Source of the DNA: Thermodesulfobacteriota bacterium | GTDB lineage: Bacteria > Desulfobacterota > Binatia > Bin18 | Assembly: GCA_964291405.2 (NCBI GenBank) | Contig: OZ219926.1 | Location: forward strand, 1,408,001 to 1,472,000 | DNA length: 64,000 bases | Direction: 5' to 3' | In this document: in pieces, positions 1-9,316 of the stretch | Layout of the letters: the number at the start of each line of letters is the position of its first letter | Position numbering within the stretch: position 1 is the stretch's first letter | The notes under the pieces: generated by a model | The model's database searches: none | What the model was told of the DNA's origin: nothing | What the model saw: the letters and a program-made list of their open reading frames with translations, nothing else | Position numbers and translations under genes: made by a program

Positions 1-1200
1 TACCTCGACCAACTCTCCGCTGCTGAACAATTCGGTTTCGACGCGATTGCCGTCAACGAACATCACGCGAATTTCTACGGCACGATGCCGTCGCCAAATA
101 TTATCGCCGCGATGCTGGTGCAGCGGACGAAAGAAATCCCGATCGGCATTATCGGCAATGCCATCCCCCTGCATGGCAACCCCCTGCGGGTCGCCGAGGA
201 AATCGCCATGCTCGACGTTATTTCGGGCGGTCGCATTATTTCAGGCTTTGTGCGCGGCATCGGGTGTGAATATTTCAACAACGGGATCGCGCCGGCCGAT
301 TCGCTGGAACGCTTCAATGAAGCCCATGACCTGATCCTCAAGGCCTGGACTGATGACGGCCCGTTTACCTGGCAGGGCGAGCATTTCTACGTCCCGAATG
401 TCAATCCAATTCCGCGTCCGATTCAGCAACCCCATCCGCCGATCTGGATCCCAGGCCAAGGCTCGCTCGAAACGTTACAGTTCATTGCGGAACACAAATA
501 CACCTATATGATGGTGTTCTCTCCCTTGTGGTTCACCAAGATGGCGTTCGACGGCCTGCGGGAAGAGTGTCATCGGCTCGGTTACGACGCACCCAAGAGT
601 ATGTTCAACGCCTGCGTACCAACCTACGTGGCCGAGACCGACGAGCAAGCGCACCGCGAGGCGAAAGCCCACCTGTCGTGGGTCTTCAACACCGGGCTCA
701 AAATCCCTGACCAATTCTTTTTCCCGCCGGGCTATATGTCGACCAAGTCGTTTCGCAACTTCATCGGCTTGCTGCAAAAAGGGAAGGTCAAACCGCAAGT
801 CAACCTGACCTATGACGAGCTGATCGCCGATCGCTATATCATTGTCGGCTCTCCGGAGACGGTCAAGAACGAACTCGGCTACTACTGCGACGAAGTGGGC
901 GCGGGTGGTATGATCGGCCCGGGCTCGCCCTACGGACCGATGCCGAACTGGATGGTCATGAAGCACATGCAGATCGTTTCCGAGGAAGTCATGCCCGAAT
1001 TCCGCGAAGCCGACGGCTTGCCGGACTACCAGCGAGCCGAACCGAACTCACAACGCTCGCGTGCCGAACTCGCCGCAGTCAAAGGCAAACCGGAAGAAAC
1101 TGCCCGCTCTCGGGTGACGGGCGGCGGCGACAGACTGATCGAACACCGCCTGGCCCACGTTGCAGAGGTGATTGATCCGACAATGGAACACGCACAGTGA
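1..1200 (+). CDS. LLM-class flavin-dependent oxidoreductase (5'-truncated by window edge)
   Basis: Frame 1 is open from base 1 (YLDQLSAAEQFGFDAIAVNEHH...). Luciferase-like motifs NEHH, PLRVAEEIAMLDVISGGR and PIQQPHPPIWIPG. Confidence 0.9.
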   Translation, partial: YLDQLSAAEQFGFDAIAVNEHHANFYGTMPSPNIIAAMLVQRTKEIPIGIIGNAIPLHGNPLRVAEEIAMLDVISGGRIISGFVRGIGCEYFNNGIAPADSLERFNEAHDLILKAWTDDGPFTWQGEHFYVPNVNPIPRPIQQPHPPIWIPGQGSLETLQFIAEHKYTYMMVFSPLWFTKMAFDGLREECHRLGYDAPKSMFNACVPTYVAETDEQAHREAKAHLSWVFNTGLKIPDQFFFPPGYMSTKSFRNFIGLLQKGKVKPQVNLTYDELIADRYIIVGSPETVKNELGYYCDEVGAGGMIGPGSPYGPMPNWMVMKHMQIVSEEVMPEFREADGLPDYQRAEPNSQRSRAELAAVKGKPEETARSRVTGGGDRLIEHRLAHVAEVIDPTMEHAQ

Positions 1201-1387
1201 AGCGGACCCGACAATACCCACAACGGCCTTCCGGCGGGGCGACAGCGATGCTATGAGTCGAGAGCCTGCGCAGGAAGCGCCACGCGAAGGCCCGCGGGGC
1301 ATCATCCCCAGAGCAAGCGCGAGGAGAAGGTGTCGCGGGCCGAAAACGAAGGCTTGAGCTGACCACAATCCGTTGAGGGAACCCTAG

Positions 1388-2716
1388 ATGCAAATCGGAT
1401 ATTTCACCGAACGACCGTATCGCTGGCTGCCCGAAGAGCTCGTTTTGAAGAATCGGGCGTTTTTCGCCATATCGAACGAGCATTTCGACCGCGAAAAGGC
1501 GGCCGACGACTACAATTACTACCTCGACGAGTATTGCTACGCCGAGGACCTGGGCTTCGATGCCCTGGCCCTGAATGAGCATCATGGCAACCCGATCTGC
1601 ATGGGATCGGTCATGAATGTCGAAGCCTCTATCCTGGCTCGGATTACCAGCAAGGCCAAGATCGTCCTGGTCGGAAACCCGCTGCCGGTACTGAAGCATC
1701 CGCTGCGGATGGCCGAAGAGCTGGCCGAGATCGATCTCATCTCACGCGGCCGCCTGGTCACCGGCTGGGTGCGCGGCGCGGGCAGCGAGCAGTTCTTCAA
1801 TAACGCCAATCCGGCCTATAATCGCGAGCTGTTCAACGAGGCCCACGACTTTATTGTGCAGGCCTGGACCAAGCCGGGACCGTGGCGCTACGAGGGCAAA
1901 CATTTTCATTATCGCCACGTAAATCCGTGGGCGCTGCCCTACCAGAAACCCTATCCGCCGATGTGGATTCCCGGAACGCTGAGCCCCGAGACCGTCGAGT
2001 GGTCTGCCGCACATCGGTATCCGTATATCGGGCTTGGCACCCCGCTCCCGGCCACGTGCGAGCTGTGGGACTTCTACGCGGACGAAGCGGCCAAGCATGG
2101 TTATCAGGCCGGGCCGGAGAATTTCGGCTATATGGTCGCAACGGCCGTGGGAGAGACGGAGGAGAAAGCGCAGCAGGCCGCGGCGGGGTTCGTCTACGGG
2201 GGCGGGCAGAATGCCTTCTCGGGGGCGGAATTTATGATGCCGCCGGGCTACAACTCGAAAGCGGCCATTCGCAACTTGGCGAAGACCCAGACCAGCGCGT
2301 GGCTGGGGATCAGCGGCCAGAAGCTGAAGGAGCAGAAGCAGGATGTCGCGGGCGATATCGATTACGCTGCCATCCGGGGCAAGCTGCAGTCAGCGTTGGA
2401 GCGCGGGCAGCAGAATATGCAGGTGATTGTCGGCACGCCCACGACCGTGATCCCTAAAATCAAGGCGCTCATGAGCGTCCTGCGGGTCGGAATCTTCATC
2501 ATCCTGCACCTGCAGGGACCGCACGGTGATGACGAGCGGCGCACCAGCATGCGCTTATTCGCGGAAGAGGTGATACCGGCGCTCAAGGACCACGCGCGGG
2601 CGATCGATCTGACGGACCCGTTTGAGCGTTCGCCCGGCTCGGTGAGCTTGGGAGCCGGGACCAAGCGGGCGCCCGTCGCGGACCGCAGCCCACTATCCGG
2701 GTTGGGATTCCACTAG
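1388..2716 (+). CDS. LLM-class flavin-dependent oxidoreductase
   Basis: GFDALALNEHH, PLRMAEELAEIDLISRGRL, PYQKPYPPMWIPG; tandem paralogue of the preceding gene. Confidence 0.9.
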   Translation: MQIGYFTERPYRWLPEELVLKNRAFFAISNEHFDREKAADDYNYYLDEYCYAEDLGFDALALNEHHGNPICMGSVMNVEASILARITSKAKIVLVGNPLPVLKHPLRMAEELAEIDLISRGRLVTGWVRGAGSEQFFNNANPAYNRELFNEAHDFIVQAWTKPGPWRYEGKHFHYRHVNPWALPYQKPYPPMWIPGTLSPETVEWSAAHRYPYIGLGTPLPATCELWDFYADEAAKHGYQAGPENFGYMVATAVGETEEKAQQAAAGFVYGGGQNAFSGAEFMMPPGYNSKAAIRNLAKTQTSAWLGISGQKLKEQKQDVAGDIDYAAIRGKLQSALERGQQNMQVIVGTPTTVIPKIKALMSVLRVGIFIILHLQGPHGDDERRTSMRLFAEEVIPALKDHARAIDLTDPFERSPGSVSLGAGTKRAPVADRSPLSGLGFH

Positions 2717-2955
2717 CCCACCGGTGGTGTTCCCGGCCGAGACGGAGAGCATCAGCAGGTGCTGGCAAGTTATTAGAGCAGAATGTGGACTTCCGTCGTG
2801 TGAGCTCAGATGGGGCTTCTCCTTAGGCTGTGGACAGGCCTACCGTTGTCGCCAAGTCGTAAACGCTCGATCTCGATACCCCGACAACTTGAAAAGACCC
2901 TTGCCAAGACAAACCCGGTGTGACACGATCGGCTATCTTTAACTGGAGGGTATTT

Positions 2956-4230
2956 ATGGGGCTCAATAGCATCGAGAACAACACTGTGGGGGTTACGGAG
3001 AGCGTTTCATCGGCCTATGTGCCTCCTCTCCAACTCACCGTCGGGCAGCCGACACCCATCGCGGCGAACGGTGGTTTATCTTACATGTCGTTCGACCGGG
3101 ACGGGGACGCGGGAACCGCGGCGGCGATCGAAGCGGCGCTCCGCCAGATTAGGGAGGGGGAAGAGCAGGCGGTCATCGACATGATCGAGAGCGCTCCTCC
3201 TGGCCCGATCGAGACCAGGTGGGGTCTTGGGTTTCGGAGCTACGACGAGTGTCTGGACTATATTCGGGCGAACAACATCCAGGCTCCCGAAGGCGGCGTT
3301 GCACTGCCGCTGCCCTACACCATCCTCGAGCAGCCGTCCTACTCCATCGTCTCGTCCAACGCCATCTGGCGGGACCCGGCGCGTGCGGATGTGGCCAAAA
3401 TGTTTCGCAAGGAGGGGCAGAACATCAGTAGGGGATGTCTCTATTTTCCGCAAATCCTGCGCGATGCGCGCCGGATGGCAGAGTACTACCCCGGTCTCTC
3501 GCCCACGAGCCCCGAGTGTATGGACAAGCTCGGCGTCTCGCTCGCTCATATCGAATCGAAATGCCAGAATTTCTACGACGCCGCCGAGGTGGAGCGCGTC
3601 TTCTACCCGGAGATCGAGAAACTCCTGCTCGATTTCTTCCCCGGTGCGACCGACGCGTTCGTGTACAACCACGGCCTGTTTGACAAGGACTACACGGGCC
3701 CCGTCAAGGAAGATCAGGACAACAAGGACCCGGGGGTCAATACTTACTACGCCGATATCGTCCACAACGACCTGAACGACAACAGCGGCCGCGTGCGGTG
3801 CCGCGAACTGCTGACGAAGAACCTGCGCAACTTTGGGCGCCGGCAGCACTACACCGAGGCGGAGGCCGACGCAAAGATGTCGCGGCGGTTCATGTCGATC
3901 AACCTGGCCAAGCCGATGGAGACCGTGGGCCAGCACCCCTTTGTCCTGTGCGCCTGGCCGTCGTTTGCCGACCAGCCGTATATCACCAACTACCGGATCT
4001 ATGATGACCGCGTGGGCGAGACCACCCGCTTCACCTACCGTCCCAACCACGAGTGGTACTGGTTGCCGCAGCAGACATCGACCGAAGTGTCGATGCTCAA
4101 GTGTTACGACTCGGTCACCGACGGCTCGGTGTCGCGTTGGTCGTTCCACTCGGCCTGCATCGACCCGACTGCACCCAAGGACGCCCCGTGCCGCAAGAAC
4201 GTCGTCGTGCGCTCCTATATCTTCTTCTAG
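2956..4230 (+). CDS. CmcJ/NvfI-like (AsaB-type) oxidoreductase with long N-terminal extension
   Basis: RBS GGAGG before ATG 2956. HND motif, F.YRPNHEWYWLPQQ...EV.MLKCYDS and FHSA..DP.....R.NVVVR C-terminus typical of the family. Confidence 0.7.
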   Translation: MGLNSIENNTVGVTESVSSAYVPPLQLTVGQPTPIAANGGLSYMSFDRDGDAGTAAAIEAALRQIREGEEQAVIDMIESAPPGPIETRWGLGFRSYDECLDYIRANNIQAPEGGVALPLPYTILEQPSYSIVSSNAIWRDPARADVAKMFRKEGQNISRGCLYFPQILRDARRMAEYYPGLSPTSPECMDKLGVSLAHIESKCQNFYDAAEVERVFYPEIEKLLLDFFPGATDAFVYNHGLFDKDYTGPVKEDQDNKDPGVNTYYADIVHNDLNDNSGRVRCRELLTKNLRNFGRRQHYTEAEADAKMSRRFMSINLAKPMETVGQHPFVLCAWPSFADQPYITNYRIYDDRVGETTRFTYRPNHEWYWLPQQTSTEVSMLKCYDSVTDGSVSRWSFHSACIDPTAPKDAPCRKNVVVRSYIFF

Positions 4231-4242
4231 GGAGACCCGCAC

Positions 4243-5190
4243 ATGAAAATCGGTGCCCTGACCCCTACCTGGACCGGCTCACTTGCCGGGCAAACGCCGA
4301 CGATCCAACAGTCCTTGGCGTTTGCCCGACATGCGGAAGCCATCGGCCTCGACAGCATTTGGCTGACCGACCATCTGTATTGGGAAGCCTATGCCGACTT
4401 CCGCGCGGTGGGAATCGAGTTGCCGGCGGAATGGGAGGGAGTCAAAGGCGGGCAGTGGGAGTGCTGGACGTTTGCCGCGGCCCTCGCGACGCAAACGTCC
4501 ACGATTCAAATCGGGACCTTGGTCTCCAATACGACCTTCCGGAATCCGGCGTTACTCGCCCGGACGGCGGATAATGTGAGCGCCCTGAGTAACGGCCGTC
4601 TTATTCTCGGCTTGGGGGCCGGTGATTTCACGTCCGAGCATCGCGCGTATGGCTTTGATTTCGAGCGGAATGTCAGCCGCTTTGAGGAGGCGCTCCATAT
4701 CGTCCTGCCCCTGCTCAAAGGTGAGCGTTTCTCCTATACGGGGGAACTGCACCGGGTTGAGGATGCGGAACTGCTGCCGCGTTCCGAGGTCGGGATGCCG
4801 CCGATTTTGATCGGGACATTGAAGGGTAAGCCGCGCATGTCCCGCCTCACGGCGCAATATGCCGATATGTGGAACTGCATGATCGCGTTTAACGATTGCG
4901 CGATCGAGACGTTTCTCGGGGCCTGGGAACCGATCCGCGTGGCCTGCGAACGGCACGGGCGCGATCCCCGGACGCTTTCTCGGGGCGCGACGGTGGCGGT
5001 CAATTTCACTGATGGGCCGTACGAGATTATTCCCACCTCGGTGCCATTCTCCGGTTCGATCCAGCAAATCGCCGATCGTTTTGCCGAGTACGCGGCGCAC
5101 GAGGCAGAGCATGTGTCCGTGATTCCACACCCGTGGAACGAGGAGGGGCTCGATAAACTCGCCGAAGTCGTGGCCTATCTCCGCAAGTAG
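4243..5190 (+). CDS. LLM-class (possibly F420-dependent) oxidoreductase
   Basis: GLDSIWLTDH, RNPALLARTA, GRLILGLGAG motifs. Confidence 0.88.
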   Translation: MKIGALTPTWTGSLAGQTPTIQQSLAFARHAEAIGLDSIWLTDHLYWEAYADFRAVGIELPAEWEGVKGGQWECWTFAAALATQTSTIQIGTLVSNTTFRNPALLARTADNVSALSNGRLILGLGAGDFTSEHRAYGFDFERNVSRFEEALHIVLPLLKGERFSYTGELHRVEDAELLPRSEVGMPPILIGTLKGKPRMSRLTAQYADMWNCMIAFNDCAIETFLGAWEPIRVACERHGRDPRTLSRGATVAVNFTDGPYEIIPTSVPFSGSIQQIADRFAEYAAHEAEHVSVIPHPWNEEGLDKLAEVVAYLRK

Positions 5191-5202
5191 GGTGTGATAC
5201 AA

Positions 5203-5275
5203 AAAGGAACCCACCCTGGCCTTCGGCCACCCCTCCAAGGAGGGGAGCAGCACACATCCCCTCTTGGGAGGGGTG
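5203..5275. repeat. Truncated copy of palindromic REP/MITE-like element
   Basis: AAAGGAACCCACCC followed by hairpins TGGCC-TTC-GGCCA, CCCCTCC-AA-GGAGGGG and TCCCCTCTTGGGAGGGG; matches 7651-7752. Confidence 0.8.
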
Positions 5276-5345
5276 ATGCAAATTACATTACTCGGCGGCC
5301 CCTCGCTCCCCTGCGCAGTTCCTGTCTGTGACAGTGGGCCAGGAG

Positions 5346-5383
5346 TGCGGGCTTCCAGCCCGCAAGCGGCCAAGATGGCCGCT
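5346..5383. repeat. Tandem REP-like hairpin pair
   Basis: TGCGGGC-TTCCA-GCCCGCA and AGCGGCCA-AGA-TGGCCGCT perfect stems between convergent genes. Confidence 0.65.
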
Positions 5384-5480
5384 CTCCCAGGAAACGGGAG
5401 GCTCACGACACAATGTGCATCACCCGTCAAATAGGAAAGAGTCGTATTAACGAAGGCTTACCAGCTCCTCGTATCCGAAG

Positions 5481-6635
5481 TTAGTAGCTCCGCGGCAGGC
5501 CCATCCGTTCGCCCAGGAAATTCTTCACCATCTCGTTTGAGATGGGGCTGAAGGGACCGAGGCGGGCGTCGCGGAAGAGACGTTCCATGGGGGTTTCCTC
5601 GACGAGCCCGTGACCAGCGAGCACACGCATGCAGCGGTCGGTTGCCCGGATCGCCGCTTCGGTGGCGGCCAACTTCGCCATAGCGGCCTCGGAGGCACAC
5701 TCCCTGCCGTTGGATTGCAACCAGGCCGCTTTCTGGGTGAGCAGGCGTATTTGTTCGAGGTCAGTCGCGACGTCGGCCAGCGGATGTTGCAGCGCCTGAT
5801 AACTGCCGATAGGGCGGCCAAAGGCCGTACGCTCTTTGGCATACTCACGCGCCTGATCCAAAACCGCTGCCGTAATACCGACGTACATGGCTGCACACAG
5901 AATGCGCTCTTCGTCGAGAGATGACAGGAGGTGGTACCAGCCGCGGCCCCGCTGGCCGACCATGGCGTCCGCCGGAGCCCGCGCGTCGTCCAGGAAGACT
6001 TCGCAGGTGCAGGCCGCCCGCATTCCCATCAGTTCCAACCGGCGTACCTCGACGCCTGCCTGGTTGCGCGGCGTCAAGATGAGGGACAGCCCACGGGCTC
6101 GTTTGCCTTCGACGTCATCAGTCCGGCACAGCACCAGGATCGCGTCCGCATCGTCAGCGAAAGAGGTAAAGAGCTTTTGGCCGTGGACAACCCACCCGTC
6201 TCCGTCCCGCTCGGCCCGAGTCGTGAGGCCCAGAACGTCCGTGCCACCGCTTGGCTCCGTCATGCCGAATGCCATCAGGAAGTCGCCTGAAGCGAGCCTG
6301 GGAAGCAACTCGGCCTTTTGATCCTGCGACCCATATTCGCGCAGCGTCCGAGCGGTCATGGAGACCAGGAGCCAGTCGGTCGCGAGCGACGGGAAACGGT
6401 AGGCGAGTTCCTCGGTCAGGACGGCAGCCGTCATCACATTGGCGCCACTGCCTCCGAACTCTTCCGGTACGGAAAGGCCCATCCACCCCAGTTCGGCAAA
6501 GCGTTTCCAGAGTGCTCTGGGAATTTTTCGCGACCGGTCCAATTCTCGGATACGGGGTTCGGGCAGCTCCTCCTCAAAAAATCGTCGGACACTGTCGCGG
6601 AGAATGCCGTGCTCTGCAGGCGAATCAAAGTCCAT
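5481..6635 (-). CDS. Acyl-CoA dehydrogenase family protein
   Basis: FGMTEPSGGTD, RTAFGRPIGSYQALQH and GHGLVEETPMERLFRDAR motifs. Confidence 0.92.
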   Translation of the reverse strand: MDFDSPAEHGILRDSVRRFFEEELPEPRIRELDRSRKIPRALWKRFAELGWMGLSVPEEFGGSGANVMTAAVLTEELAYRFPSLATDWLLVSMTARTLREYGSQDQKAELLPRLASGDFLMAFGMTEPSGGTDVLGLTTRAERDGDGWVVHGQKLFTSFADDADAILVLCRTDDVEGKRARGLSLILTPRNQAGVEVRRLELMGMRAACTCEVFLDDARAPADAMVGQRGRGWYHLLSSLDEERILCAAMYVGITAAVLDQAREYAKERTAFGRPIGSYQALQHPLADVATDLEQIRLLTQKAAWLQSNGRECASEAAMAKLAATEAAIRATDRCMRVLAGHGLVEETPMERLFRDARLGPFSPISNEMVKNFLGERMGLPRSY

Positions 6636-6688
6636 TACCAAGCCCTTCGTTCAGTTGACAGTATCGTCGCCATCCCCCGCGACCGGTC

Positions 6689-7522
6689 TCAACGCAACTG
6701 CAAGAAATGCTCACCCCGGTACAAATCGCCGGCCTTCAGCGAGCCGACATCAAAGGCGCGCAGATCCATGAAGTAGTCGGGTTTGGCGTCCGGGAAGGGC
6801 CGATAGCGGAGATCGTCACCGAAGAAACGCAGCACGACGGTATGGCGGGTCGGGCAGGCGGCATCGACCGGCGCGCCGCCGTGCAACGCCCCGGAATGAA
6901 GCACCACGGCATCACCGGGTTTCAGATCCCAAGAGGCCACGTCCCACGAATTGGGGTCCTCGGCCCGCTCGGCTTCGATGTCCGGCAGGCGCGGAAAATG
7001 CTCGGCGCCCCACAGGGGCCGGGTCGGGTCCTTGGAGTCCATAAACGCCGCTCCATCGTACATGGGGCCGACATGAGAGCTCCTGACGACTTCCAGGGCG
7101 TTCCGAGCCGGCAAGGACTCGAAACTGATCCAGATATTCGCCAGATGAGACCCTTCGGCCGGGAAATAGGGCGTGTCTTGGTGCCACAGGGTCCGGCCCA
7201 CCTCCCCACCGTTTTTGATAAAAATCTCCTCGCCAAAATACCAGACATGCTCCGACCCCCAGAGGTCAGCCAGGAACTCCGCGAAGCCCAGTTTCTTCAG
7301 CACCGGCTCGTAGACTTCGAGTGATTTGGCGGTGCCGAGGTCGTTGTAGTGCGAATCGCTCGTACCTTTGTAGATCTCGAGAGCCGTCGGGCCTGGGTTG
7401 GCGAGGTTGAAGTCCAAACAACGCCGACACTCGGCGAGCTCGGCCGCGCTCAAAAGCCCCTCGGCTTTGATCACCCCATCGCTTGCAAAAGCTTGTCGCA
7501 TCGCTTCGGTTACACGGATCAT
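6689..7522 (-). CDS. Phytanoyl-CoA dioxygenase (PhyH) family Fe/2OG dioxygenase
   Basis: WHQD...GDAVVLHSGALHG...R facial-triad pattern. Confidence 0.88.
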   Translation of the reverse strand: MIRVTEAMRQAFASDGVIKAEGLLSAAELAECRRCLDFNLANPGPTALEIYKGTSDSHYNDLGTAKSLEVYEPVLKKLGFAEFLADLWGSEHVWYFGEEIFIKNGGEVGRTLWHQDTPYFPAEGSHLANIWISFESLPARNALEVVRSSHVGPMYDGAAFMDSKDPTRPLWGAEHFPRLPDIEAERAEDPNSWDVASWDLKPGDAVVLHSGALHGGAPVDAACPTRHTVVLRFFGDDLRYRPFPDAKPDYFMDLRAFDVGSLKAGDLYRGEHFLQLR

Positions 7523-7650
7523 TTTTCGCCTCCTTCGGTGGCGCTCCCATTCGGACCAGCTAGCAGGGCGGAGCGGGTTGTTTGTGTGTTGTTCCTAGCT
7601 CCAAATCCCCTTCCCTTCAAGGTTTCCGTATCTCCACCGCCCGTATTGAT

Positions 7651-7752
7651 AAAGGAACCCACCCCGGCCCTTCGAGCCACCCCTCCGAGGAGGGGAGCTT
7701 TTTTATCCCCTCTTGGGAGGGGTGCCGCGTGAGCGGCGGGGTGGGTTCCTTT
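7651..7752. repeat. 102-bp REP/MITE-like element with 15-bp terminal inverted repeats
   Basis: AAAGGAACCCACCCC ... GGGGTGGGTTCCTTT termini enclosing CCCCTCC/GGAGGGG hairpins. Confidence 0.85.
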
Positions 7753-7856
7753 CATTGGCCTGAACGGCGGGTATCGAAACTACGTTGAGTGGTCCATGGC
7801 ACATAGATATCAGGAGAGAAGGACTCTTACGCTGTTGACCTTCCCCCGGTAAACGC

Positions 7857-8513
7857 TCAATCTTTCGCTGGCGGTGAGTCCAGAGCGAAGGTCACCACAG
7901 GTAAAACGGCGATAATCAACAGCACAATAAACGAGGGGTTGGACCACTCCATACCCATGGGCCGATAGACCTGGCCGGTTATCGCCGTATTGCCAAAATA
8001 GAGCAACAGAATGAGCCAGCCGCAGCGGCTCCAGAGCCGCATGTTGACCACTGGGTGGGCGGGCGGCGGTGCCGGAGCTGTCATGCCCAATAGCGCCTTC
8101 CAGCGCTGAATATCCCAGAGGATTAACGCCAGCAGCCCCAAACTCATCATGGTGACGACGATAGCGGTGGGCACCACCCCTGTACTCCAGCAAAACACAA
8201 GAATTGCCACAAGAATAGGAGCGACAAGCGCCGCCCCCAAAGTCGCGTGGCGCTGCGTTATCAGCAACACGGCGGCCGTGAGCTGCAGTGCCCCTACAAA
8301 TTGATAGAACCGGCCGGTAGCATGAAAGGCATGCAGGAACTCGTGAAAAACCCCCGTGTTCGCCGGATCGGTAAACGGCTGTCCCAGCAGCTTCTTGAGC
8401 CCTGCGGGAATGAAGGCAAAACCGATCATCATGCGCAATACAATGGTACTGATGTAGATCCCCCGGCATTCATGCGCTCGAGCGATTCGCTCTTCAAGCC
8501 ATGTTAATGTCAT
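7857..8513 (-). CDS. DoxX-like membrane protein
   Basis: LRMMIGFAFIPAGLKK, YQFVGALQL, several hydrophobic helices. Confidence 0.75.
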   Translation of the reverse strand: MTLTWLEERIARAHECRGIYISTIVLRMMIGFAFIPAGLKKLLGQPFTDPANTGVFHEFLHAFHATGRFYQFVGALQLTAAVLLITQRHATLGAALVAPILVAILVFCWSTGVVPTAIVVTMMSLGLLALILWDIQRWKALLGMTAPAPPPAHPVVNMRLWSRCGWLILLLYFGNTAITGQVYRPMGMEWSNPSFIVLLIIAVLPVVTFALDSPPAKD

Positions 8514-8753
8514 GCTCCGGCCTCAACAATGATACAGTCTATGGCGATCTTCTAAACTGCTTGGGCGCGGGCGACCAGCCCCCCTGCCTCGCTGTGGAGT
8601 AGTGCTTCAACAGGTGCTTTCGATGCTTATACTGACTTGTGGTGCGAGAACTCATGCCTCCGTTATGACATGATGGAGTGACAGATTTGCCAGGATCACG
8701 ATAACTTGACAATACCTCAGTGACCCTTGAATCGTATTCTCTTGGGGAGTGCT

Positions 8754-9176
8754 ATGGGATCAGTAGAGAGTCCGCCCGCTCCGGGCAGAATTAATATGAT
8801 TACACTCCATACAGATCAGTATGCGGACATGCGCCGGTTTTATTCCAAACAATTAGGCATGACGGTCGTGTCTGAAATCGGAGAATTTGTAGAGTTTGCC
8901 TCAGAAGGTATTCGGCTCACGCTGACTAGTCGGGCCGGCCTCAATACCTCCGTTCCATCCGCGAGTCTTGTCAAGCCGCGCTCCGGGTCTGCTGTTGGTA
9001 TTGGGTTTTACTATCAAACAGCAGAAGAGGTAGACCAAGCGTACGAATGCTACATGTCTCAAGGTGTCTCTTTCGTTGCTGCACCAAAGCAGCAAGAGTG
9101 GGGCGAATATACCGCGTTCTTTACCGACCCCGATGGTAATGTCCACGAACTCGTCGCGGTCGTGCAAAGCGCATAG
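8754..9176 (+). CDS. VOC/glyoxalase family protein (start uncertain)
   Basis: RRFYSKQLG and PKQQEWGEYTAFFTDPDGNVHEL. Confidence 0.85.
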   Translation: MGSVESPPAPGRINMITLHTDQYADMRRFYSKQLGMTVVSEIGEFVEFASEGIRLTLTSRAGLNTSVPSASLVKPRSGSAVGIGFYYQTAEEVDQAYECYMSQGVSFVAAPKQQEWGEYTAFFTDPDGNVHELVAVVQSA

Positions 9177-9316
9177 TCGTTTCCCACTTCTGACCGTTCA
9201 GTCTCGTGACGCCCTAAACTTGACTTGCGAACACGGACAAATCGGTATCTACTATGGGCCGGAAGAGCGGAGCGCGCAAATCGTTCCATGTCAGAGAGCG
9301 TCAGGGAGGTACCGCC

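Noticed and set aside
3076-4242. 388-aa minus-strand ORF
   Set aside because: Antisense shadow of the CmcJ/NvfI-like gene, expected from GC-rich codon bias; no recognisable motifs.
5405-5431. CACAATGTGCATCACCCGTCAAAT as a fifth dif-like site
   Set aside because: Spacing is 12 rather than 10 nt and the arms match poorly.
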